Part shown: in pieces, positions 54,620 through 62,555 of the stretch
How positions within the stretch are numbered: position 1 is the stretch's first letter
How the letters are laid out: every line of letters begins with the position of its first letter
Source of the DNA: Verrucomicrobiota bacterium
Lineage (GTDB): Bacteria > Verrucomicrobiota > Verrucomicrobiia > Limisphaerales > UBA1319
Assembly: GCA_022711435.1 (NCBI GenBank)
Contig: JAKLFB010000015.1
Location: forward strand, 36,626 to 100,625
Length of the DNA: 64,000 nucleotides
Reading direction: 5' to 3'
Notes under the pieces: generated by a model
What the model saw: the letters and a program-made list of their open reading frames with translations, nothing else
Database searches by the model: none
What the model was told of the DNA's origin: nothing
Program-made: the position numbers and the translations under genes

Positions 54620-57600
54620 ATGACCGAATTAGGCGGGCGCGCATGGACAGGAGCGGCAGTGGATAGCACCTTGACTGCCATGATGACAACTGACTCGCCG
54701 ATTGCTGGGGGTCGCCGGACCAAAGTGCTGACCTCGCTGGTGATGTTCCTTGTGGGCTTGCTGCTCTCGATTCCGACGCTTGCAATGGATCTGATGGTCG
54801 TGGACGGGAATGGGGCCGCGGTCAGCACGCCGCTGCGCTGGATGCTCGAAGAGGATAACACGGCCTTGACCGATCCGGCCAATCCCTCGAATGACACCGC
54901 ATCGCTCGTGATCCACAAGAGCCACGCGCCGGTTGTCGGCAGCGGGAGCGGCACTCTTCCGGGCGGAGGCGGCACCCTCACCGTGCCCATCCCCGACGCG
55001 ACCAAGCGATACATGCTCTCCGTGATGGCCGACGGGTATGCGCTGGGTGGGGCGAACATCGCCGCGGGCCAAACCTCGGCGACGGTCGTTCTCAACCAAC
55101 ACCCGATCCCGACCTCGCAGATTTCGGTCCTGGTGTTCCACGACAACAATCCCATCAACAATGCGCCAGATGCCCTCGAGGCGGGTCTGCCGGGCTTTCG
55201 GGTGATTCTGGCCGATATCGGCGGGGGGCCGATTCTCCAGGATGCCTTCGGGAATCCGCTCGGCACCACCTACCAGTTTGATCCGAACAACAACGGTGAA
55301 CCGATCATGGTGGGAGGATCGCCGGTGGTTGATCAGCTCGGGGATGGGAATATCTACACCGATGCCAACGGCAAGGCGCTGATCAAGTACCTGGCCATGG
55401 GCAAGTATGGCGTGCAAGTGATTCCGCCGACGGGCACGGACTGGAACGGGGGGCACGGCAAGGTCAATGTCAACGGCTCGTGGCACCAGACGGCCACCAT
55501 CGAGGGCACCCTGACAGTGGATGCGTGGGTGAAAGCGAACGAGCCGACGATCTTCCTCGAGGGATTCGGTCCTGGGTTCTACCATGTGTTCTTCGGGTTC
55601 GTGGACCCGGCCAAGTTACCGTGGGCGGACCCGATCCAGGCGCCGCCGCCCAGCCCGGCCAGCCAGACCGTTACCGGTGTCGTGCGCTATAACCATTTCG
55701 GACGGCCGCCCAACAACCAGTTGTTCGCCATCGGCCCCGCGGTTCCCGATGGGTGGGTGGGCCTGAATGAGTTGAACGCCTTGGGCCTGCCCGGACGCGG
55801 TCTCTTTGCCGCACCCTGCGATCCCGGCACCGGCGAATTCAGCATCCCGAACGTCCCGCCGGGCACGTACCAGTTGGTGACATGGGACAAACCGCTCGAT
55901 GCGCTTTTCGGGTTCCGGACCATCACGGTCGTCAATAATCCAAACGACATCAACAACCTGGGTGACGTGCTGGTCTATCGGTGGTTTGGCACGCTCGAAG
56001 GGTCGATCTTCTACGACGACGGCGCGGGAGACCCGACGAAGGCCGAAAACGGGTTCAAGGATACCAACGAGCAGGGCCTCCTGAATATGGTCGTGAATAT
56101 CCGCTTCCGCGACGGCACCGTCTATCAGAGCACCGTCAGCGATGGCGAAGGCGATTACGCGTTTAATGAGGTCTTCCCGTTCTTCAAGTGGCTGGTCACG
56201 GAAGTCGACTACAGCCGATTCAAGCCCACGGGCATGACCACGGTGATCGACGAAGGCGGCGTCATTCAACCGGACAACGGTTGGATCATGCCGTCCGAGG
56301 GCGTGCGCAATCCGCAACCGCAGTACGAAACGGATCCGATTACCGGTGAGGTCCTGCTCCCCCTCGTGCCGATCCCCAACCCGAACACGGGCAACAACCT
56401 TTCGCGGACGGAAACCGGCCCGGTCCTCACCGAGGCCATGCATTTATTCCTGAACCAGAACAACCGCATCGATTGGGGCAAGATCAACTACGCCCCCGGC
56501 GAAAACGGCGGCATCTCGGGCGTGGTCGGGTATCAAACCACCCGCGCCGAGAACGATCCTCGCGATGCCGTCATCGACGCGTGGGAGCCCGGCATCCCGC
56601 GCGTGCAGTTGGCGCTCTATCTCGATGTGGATCACGACAAGATCATCGACGACATCAACGGCGTCTCCGGACTCCAGATTGCCGACGTCGATAACTATCC
56701 GTTCGGCTTCAGCCAAGGCGAGCTTCCGGGGCCCGAAGACATCGACCGCGACTCCGACAACGTGTTCGACGCCGGCGACGCAGTTCAGATCGCCTGGTCG
56801 GACAGTTGGGACGACAACATGCCGGCCGGCTCGATCCAGGTGGACCCGCCTGTAATCGATGGTAAAGCCATCATCGGCAGCGACAATTACGCCACATGGA
56901 ACCAGGTCCGCCCCGGCCTGTTCGACGGCGGCTACTTCTTTGGCGACTATTTCCCGGCCGGCATCCCGGCACAGATGTTCGACGGCAACCCGGGCAACGA
57001 TCCAGTCCCGTCGGTTTTGCCCCCCGGCGATTACATCGTTCAGGCCTTCCCACCGCCGAACTACCTGATCCAAACCGAGGAGAGCAAGAACGTGGACTTT
57101 GGCGATGCCTACAAGCCCAGCAAGCTCCTGTTGATGCCGGAGTTGGTCGGCACGCCCGCGAACGGCGCGCCGGCGCACATCGTGCCCGCCTATCTCACCC
57201 TCTTCCCCGGCCAACAAATCGAGGCGCCTTTCGCCGGCCAACAGCGTCCGCTCGCCGACCGCAAGCTGGTCACGCTGGCCGCAGGCAAGAATGCCGCCTG
57301 CGACTTCCATATGTACACCGAGGTTCCCAAAGCCACGCGCGTGGTCGGGTTTGTGCTGAACGATTTGAGTGCGGAGTTCAACGCGTTCAGCCCGATCTTC
57401 GGCGAGAAGGCCTCGCCGGGTTACCTGCCGATTTCGTTCCGAGACTGGGCGGGCAACGAAGTCGCCCGCGTTTATTCCGACGCTTACGGCACGTACAACG
57501 CGCTGGTGCCCTCGACCTACACGGTCAACGTGCCCTCGCCGAGCGGCGTTGCCCCGAACATGTTGACGCTGATCCTCAACGATCCCACCATGCCCGACCC

Positions 57601-60600
57601 CGGCGACCGGACGCGCCGGATCGCCGATCCGTACTACAACCCAAGCTTCGCCACCTCGCCCTGGACGCTCCACTATTACCCCGGGTCGCTCTCCTACCTC
57701 GATACACCCATCGTGCCCATCGCCGGCTTTGTCGGCTACCCGAACAAGCAGGTCGAGGCCGAACCGCCGGCGGGGACGCCCGTGATCAAGGAGGTCTCGA
57801 CCACGGCGGGTGTCGGTCCTTATCTCGAATTCCAAACGGACGTCATCACGATCAAGTCGATGGGCCTGACCGCCGTATCGAATCCAGATTACGATCCAGT
57901 CGTGGGTGGCCAGCCCACCGTCCTTCGGGATTACGGGTTCGGAACCCAGGGGCTGGGAAGCCAGGCGACCATCGACGGCGTGCCGCTCATCATCTCGACT
58001 TGGGCGGACGACCAGATCACGGCGACCCTGCCCCCAGTCGGTACCCGCCCACCAGGAAACGAGTGGCAGCTCATGATCACCCGTGACAACGGGGGCGGTG
58101 GCACCGCAACATCACTCATCGGTCTGACCCTGACCTTCGACGGTCCGGGCACGGTCTGGCGGGTGGCGCCTCGGGCGGCGACCACAGCGGACCCGCTCCC
58201 CGACCCGATTCAGGAAGCGATCGATGCCGCGGCGCCGGGCGACCTGATCATCGTCGGTCCGGGCAACTATTACGAAAACCCGATCATGTACAAGGCGCTC
58301 CGCCTGCAGGGAGTTGGCGCCGCGACCGTGATCCGGGCCAATCCCGTCCCGTTCGAGCGGGTTGCGGCCTGGCACACTAAGGTGCAGTCGATTCTCGCTG
58401 GAGGCGATCCGTTCGTGGCCAACGAGAACCCGGGCGTGTTGGTGCTTGGGCAGAACGCAACGGATTTCCTGGACCATGCGGCGCGGGTAGACGGTTTCGA
58501 GATGACCGGTTCGATCTCCGGCGGCGGTGTCCTCGTATACAACTTCGCCCACAGCCTCAAGATCAGTAATAACCGGCTCACAGGCAACCAAGGTCTGACT
58601 GGAGGCGGCATTTCACTCGGGTTGCAAGGGGCCGTGCCCGGCGCGGTGGGAGTGCTCTACGACAACCAGAACGTTCTGATCACCTACAACCAGATTATCA
58701 AGAACGGGTCCGTCGACGGCTCCGGCGGCATTGCCCTGGTCAACGGCGCCGAGGGCTACCGGATCGTCAAGAACCACATTGTCGGCAACTTCAGCCGGCT
58801 GTCGGGCGGCGGGATCGGCCATTACGGCCGCAACCGCGGCGGCCTGATCGCCGACAACACCATCGCTTTCAACGAGGTCTTCCTGGCACTGGCCAACGGT
58901 GGCGATGGCGGCGGGATTTACATTGCCGGCGAGATTGCCCCAGGCGGTCTGAGTGGCGGGGCGGGCTCGGTGACGATCATCAACAACCTCATCCAGGGCA
59001 ACCTGGCAGGCTCGGGCATGGGAGGCGGCATCCGGGTGAACGGGTTCAACGGGAGCGACGTGACCGCCAGCCCTGGGGATCCGACCGTCTGGTACGCGCT
59101 GGACATCTTCAACAACATGATTGTGAACAATGGCGCGGGTCTCTCAGGCGGGGGAATCTCGCTCCAGGATGCCACGCGCGTCCGGATCGTCCACAACACC
59201 ATCGCCCGCAACGACTGCTCGGCCACGGCCCAGTCGGCCTTCGGCGGCGGGATGGACTCGACGCCACGCCCCGCCGGGATCGTGGCGTACACCCACAGCC
59301 AGGCCTTGGCGACTGCGGCCGGCGAGATTCACAGCAATCCCGAGTTGCTGAACAACATCATCTCCGGGAACCGCTCCTTCTGGTTCAACGGCACGACCCA
59401 ACAGCTCGTTCCGGATCCGGCAGGCGCAGGCCCGTGGACCTACTGGGACCTAGCCGTCAGTGACGAACCGCTGCCGCAGGTCTACAACCTGAACCCAACC
59501 TACTGCATCCTGACCGATAACACCGGCTATGATCCGTCGAACTTCGCCGCCGATCCGGCGTTCATCGATCCCTACTTCAACGCGGTATATGCCGCCGCCG
59601 TCATCGATGAGGCGGGCAACAACATCTCGGTGCGGTTGGCCCCCGCCCGGCCGACCGGCGACTATCACCTCCAGCCAACCTCGCCGGCGCGGAACAACTC
59701 CGCTCTTTTCCCGGAAATCGCCTACGATTTCGACGCCCAAGGCCGGCCCGAGGGTGCGTTTGGCGACATCGGCGCCGACGAGATCGCTGCGACCCCAGTT
59801 GCGTTCGTGTGGCCGACGGTGGCTTTGGTCGGGCCTCCAGCGGCAGGCGCGGCCCCGGGCGGTCCGGTCGTTCCACCGGTAGGCCCTGGCGTGCCCCCGC
59901 CCGTGATCAACCCGACTCCGATCGAGCCTGCGGACGGTGTCTACCTGACTGACCCTGAGCCGCTGATCGACACCGACGGCGATTCCATCCCCGACAACGA
60001 CATCGCCTACTACCGGCTGACCGCCGGCGACGGCTTTGCGACGATGGCGGACGGGACCGTCCTGTACACGTTCGGGTTTGCTGACGCTTCGACGACCCTC
60101 GAAGCGGAGATCATGACCGCCGGGGCGCTCAAGGCTGAATTCGCAGCGCCGACGCTGGTGTTCAAGGAGGGGCAGCACGTGCATCTGGACCTCTCGAATG
60201 TAGGCATGCTGATGCGGCCGGACCTGTTCGATCCGCACACGGTTCACTTCCATGGGTTCCCGCAGGCGGCAACCATTTTCGATGGCGAGCCGATGGCGTC
60301 GCTCTCGGTGAACATGGGCCGAACCTTCCGCTACTACTACTACATCGCCGAACCGGGCACGTTCCTCTACCACTGCCACGTCGAGGCCACCGAGCACATG
60401 GAAATGGGGATGATCGGCAACCTCTATGTGCTCCCGAAGCAGAACAACCTCCCCAACGGCACGCCGCTGGGCCCGAGCTTCACCCATGTGACCGGCAACA
60501 AGTACCTTTACAACGACGGCGACGGCTCGACGCTCTACCACGTCGAGGTCCCGCTCCAGTTGCTCGGGTTCGACCGGAGATTCCATCAGGAACACATCGC

Positions 60601-61084
60601 CGTCCAGCCGCTGCCGTTTTCCACCCTGCACGAGGATTATCCGACGATCAATGGCCGGGGATACCCGGACACGATCAACCCGAACCCGATTACCACTACC
60701 ATCCTCGACGACAACAACCAGGTCAGCTTCCAGAATGACTCGCAGAAGGTCAGCTCGGTCATCACCGCTGTGAAAGGCCAGCGGATCGCCCTGCGCATCT
60801 CGAATGTGTCGCTCTCGGACTTCCACACGCTCAGCGTGCCGGGCATTCCGATGACGGTGGTGGGCAAGGACGCCCGGCTGTTGCGCGGGCCGACCGGCAA
60901 GAGCCTGTTCTACCAGACCACCTCGGTCACCCTCGGCGGCGGCGAGACGGCCGACGTGATCCTGGACACGGCCAGCGTGCCAGCTGGAACGTACTTCGTC
61001 TATGACGCCCGCCTGACCAACCTGAGCAACGATCTCGAGGACTATGGTGGCATGATGACGGAGATCTCCCTCACGAACCCGTAA
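54620..61084 (+). CDS. 2,154-aa secreted fusion: Cna-B/SdrD-B-like and IPT-like beta-sandwich domains, a PbH1 right-handed beta-helix (NosD-like), and two C-terminal cupredoxin domains, the first with a complete type-1 copper site and two HxH pairs
   Basis: Signal-like LTSLVMFLVGLLLSIPTLA (alternative start MMTTD at 54680). SdrD-B-like GSIFYDDGAGDP...GLLNMVVNIRFRDGTVYQSTVSDGEGDYAFNEV. Beta-helix DPIQEAIDAAAPGDLIIVGPGNYYENP plus repeats NNRLTGNQGLTGGGISLG, IINNLIQGNLAGSGMGGGIRV and NNMIVNNGAGLSGGGISL. Copper motifs DPHTVHFHG (60236-60256) and YHCHVEATEHMEMGM (60371-60412). Confidence 0.85.
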   Translation: MTELGGRAWTGAAVDSTLTAMMTTDSPIAGGRRTKVLTSLVMFLVGLLLSIPTLAMDLMVVDGNGAAVSTPLRWMLEEDNTALTDPANPSNDTASLVIHKSHAPVVGSGSGTLPGGGGTLTVPIPDATKRYMLSVMADGYALGGANIAAGQTSATVVLNQHPIPTSQISVLVFHDNNPINNAPDALEAGLPGFRVILADIGGGPILQDAFGNPLGTTYQFDPNNNGEPIMVGGSPVVDQLGDGNIYTDANGKALIKYLAMGKYGVQVIPPTGTDWNGGHGKVNVNGSWHQTATIEGTLTVDAWVKANEPTIFLEGFGPGFYHVFFGFVDPAKLPWADPIQAPPPSPASQTVTGVVRYNHFGRPPNNQLFAIGPAVPDGWVGLNELNALGLPGRGLFAAPCDPGTGEFSIPNVPPGTYQLVTWDKPLDALFGFRTITVVNNPNDINNLGDVLVYRWFGTLEGSIFYDDGAGDPTKAENGFKDTNEQGLLNMVVNIRFRDGTVYQSTVSDGEGDYAFNEVFPFFKWLVTEVDYSRFKPTGMTTVIDEGGVIQPDNGWIMPSEGVRNPQPQYETDPITGEVLLPLVPIPNPNTGNNLSRTETGPVLTEAMHLFLNQNNRIDWGKINYAPGENGGISGVVGYQTTRAENDPRDAVIDAWEPGIPRVQLALYLDVDHDKIIDDINGVSGLQIADVDNYPFGFSQGELPGPEDIDRDSDNVFDAGDAVQIAWSDSWDDNMPAGSIQVDPPVIDGKAIIGSDNYATWNQVRPGLFDGGYFFGDYFPAGIPAQMFDGNPGNDPVPSVLPPGDYIVQAFPPPNYLIQTEESKNVDFGDAYKPSKLLLMPELVGTPANGAPAHIVPAYLTLFPGQQIEAPFAGQQRPLADRKLVTLAAGKNAACDFHMYTEVPKATRVVGFVLNDLSAEFNAFSPIFGEKASPGYLPISFRDWAGNEVARVYSDAYGTYNALVPSTYTVNVPSPSGVAPNMLTLILNDPTMPDPGDRTRRIADPYYNPSFATSPWTLHYYPGSLSYLDTPIVPIAGFVGYPNKQVEAEPPAGTPVIKEVSTTAGVGPYLEFQTDVITIKSMGLTAVSNPDYDPVVGGQPTVLRDYGFGTQGLGSQATIDGVPLIISTWADDQITATLPPVGTRPPGNEWQLMITRDNGGGGTATSLIGLTLTFDGPGTVWRVAPRAATTADPLPDPIQEAIDAAAPGDLIIVGPGNYYENPIMYKALRLQGVGAATVIRANPVPFERVAAWHTKVQSILAGGDPFVANENPGVLVLGQNATDFLDHAARVDGFEMTGSISGGGVLVYNFAHSLKISNNRLTGNQGLTGGGISLGLQGAVPGAVGVLYDNQNVLITYNQIIKNGSVDGSGGIALVNGAEGYRIVKNHIVGNFSRLSGGGIGHYGRNRGGLIADNTIAFNEVFLALANGGDGGGIYIAGEIAPGGLSGGAGSVTIINNLIQGNLAGSGMGGGIRVNGFNGSDVTASPGDPTVWYALDIFNNMIVNNGAGLSGGGISLQDATRVRIVHNTIARNDCSATAQSAFGGGMDSTPRPAGIVAYTHSQALATAAGEIHSNPELLNNIISGNRSFWFNGTTQQLVPDPAGAGPWTYWDLAVSDEPLPQVYNLNPTYCILTDNTGYDPSNFAADPAFIDPYFNAVYAAAVIDEAGNNISVRLAPARPTGDYHLQPTSPARNNSALFPEIAYDFDAQGRPEGAFGDIGADEIAATPVAFVWPTVALVGPPAAGAAPGGPVVPPVGPGVPPPVINPTPIEPADGVYLTDPEPLIDTDGDSIPDNDIAYYRLTAGDGFATMADGTVLYTFGFADASTTLEAEIMTAGALKAEFAAPTLVFKEGQHVHLDLSNVGMLMRPDLFDPHTVHFHGFPQAATIFDGEPMASLSVNMGRTFRYYYYIAEPGTFLYHCHVEATEHMEMGMIGNLYVLPKQNNLPNGTPLGPSFTHVTGNKYLYNDGDGSTLYHVEVPLQLLGFDRRFHQEHIAVQPLPFSTLHEDYPTINGRGYPDTINPNPITTTILDDNNQVSFQNDSQKVSSVITAVKGQRIALRISNVSLSDFHTLSVPGIPMTVVGKDARLLRGPTGKSLFYQTTSVTLGGGETADVILDTASVPAGTYFVYDARLTNLSNDLEDYGGMMTEISLTNP

Positions 61085-61097
61085 TTGGCCCCACTGC

Positions 61098-62516
61098 ATG
61101 CGAAACCTCAAACCGACCGTGATAATAGAAAGAACAACCGTGAAGACAACTCCTCGGATCAACCAGGTGCTGGCGGGCCTGGCCCTGACTCTGGGCCTGG
61201 CTATCGCCGGTCCCCAGGCGCAGGCCGCCCACGCCCACCATGTCATCCCTGGCATCGTCGGCCCCACGTTCAACCTCAGGGCCAAAGCCGGCCACCTGAG
61301 CACCCCGGATGGGCACAACCTTTACTTCTGGGGTTTCGCCAACGGCGCCGGCCCGGTGCAGTACCCGGGGCCGACCCTGATCGTCAACCAGGGCCAGACG
61401 ATCACCGTGAACCTGGTCAATGACCTGACCGAGCTCCCGGTCTCGATTGTGTTCCCAGGCCAGCGGGTAACCCCATCCGGGGGCAGCCCGGGCCTCCTGA
61501 CCCGCGAAGCCGTGCCGGGCGGCGGGACCGCGAGCTACACATTCATCGCGTCACGTCCCGGCACGTTCATGTACCACAGCGGGACCCGGCCGGACCTCGC
61601 GGTCGAGATGGGTCTGGTGGGTGCGTTGATCGTGCGCCCGACGACCGGCGGAGTGCCCATCGCCAACCAGGCCTATGCGCATCCCGACAGCGCCTACGAT
61701 CATGAGTACCTCTATCTCCTCACCGAGATGGACGAGTCAATCCACACCCTCGTCGAGCAAGGCCGGATGTCCGAGGTCAACACCGCGAAGCGCTTCCCGG
61801 TTTACTGGTTCATTAACGGCCGCTGCGGCCCCGACACCGTGGCGGCGGATAACGCCGTGTACTTGCCCACCCAGCCCTACAGCGCCCTCACCATCTTCTC
61901 CCCGGGCGACAAAGTCCTGATGCGGGTGATCGGCGCCGGCCAGGACTCGCATCCGTTGCATCACCACGGAAACAACGCCCTCATCATCGCCCGCAACGCC
62001 AGCCTCTTGCAAAGCACGACGGCGAGTGGAGCGGACTTGGGCTACTCCGTCTTCACCATCCCCGCCCACCCCGGTGAGACCACCGACGCGCTGTTCAGCT
62101 GGACCGGTGAGAAACTGGGCTGGGACGTGTATGGGCATGCGCCGGACGATGTTGACAACGCGCCCTTGGGCTGGTCCACCGGCGGCGCCAAGGGCGCCGA
62201 AGACATCGACCACGACAACGACGGCGTTTACGACACGATACCGCTCGAGCCGCATGAGTATGCCGCCGACCACGGGAAACCCTTCCCCGTCAAACTTCCG
62301 GGCGACCAAGATCTGACGTTCGGCATGTTCTACAGCGGCAGCCCCTTCCTCGGTGGCGTTGGGAGCCTGCCCCCGGGCGAAGGCGGGTTCAACCCGAGCG
62401 GCGGCTTCATGTACATGTGGCACTCGCACAATGAACGGGAACTGATTAACAACAACATCTTCCCAGGGGGAATGTTGACCATGGCACTGGTGGAAGCACA
62501 CCCGCCTGCGCCCTGA
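61098..62516 (+). CDS. Two-cupredoxin multicopper-oxidase-like protein: domain 1 without ligand His pairs, domain 2 with HPLHHHG and WHSH (no type-1 Cys)
   Basis: Signal INQVLAGLALTLGLAIAGPQAQA (an in-frame GTG near 61141 is a possible true start). VSIVFPGQRV and FMYHSGTRPDLAVEMGLVGALIV in domain 1. DSHPLHHHG (61950-61970) and MYMWHSHNERE (62418-62429) in domain 2. Confidence 0.8.
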   Translation: MRNLKPTVIIERTTVKTTPRINQVLAGLALTLGLAIAGPQAQAAHAHHVIPGIVGPTFNLRAKAGHLSTPDGHNLYFWGFANGAGPVQYPGPTLIVNQGQTITVNLVNDLTELPVSIVFPGQRVTPSGGSPGLLTREAVPGGGTASYTFIASRPGTFMYHSGTRPDLAVEMGLVGALIVRPTTGGVPIANQAYAHPDSAYDHEYLYLLTEMDESIHTLVEQGRMSEVNTAKRFPVYWFINGRCGPDTVAADNAVYLPTQPYSALTIFSPGDKVLMRVIGAGQDSHPLHHHGNNALIIARNASLLQSTTASGADLGYSVFTIPAHPGETTDALFSWTGEKLGWDVYGHAPDDVDNAPLGWSTGGAKGAEDIDHDNDGVYDTIPLEPHEYAADHGKPFPVKLPGDQDLTFGMFYSGSPFLGGVGSLPPGEGGFNPSGGFMYMWHSHNERELINNNIFPGGMLTMALVEAHPPAP

Positions 62517-62555
62517 ACCGTCCAGTCCTTGAACCTCAACCAGACTTACCAAAGC

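Noticed and set aside
59450-61318. 622-aa minus ORF spanning the junction of the two MCO-like genes
   Set aside because: It crosses an intergenic gap and a signal-peptide region of plus-strand genes that carry clear copper motifs. It is a shadow frame.
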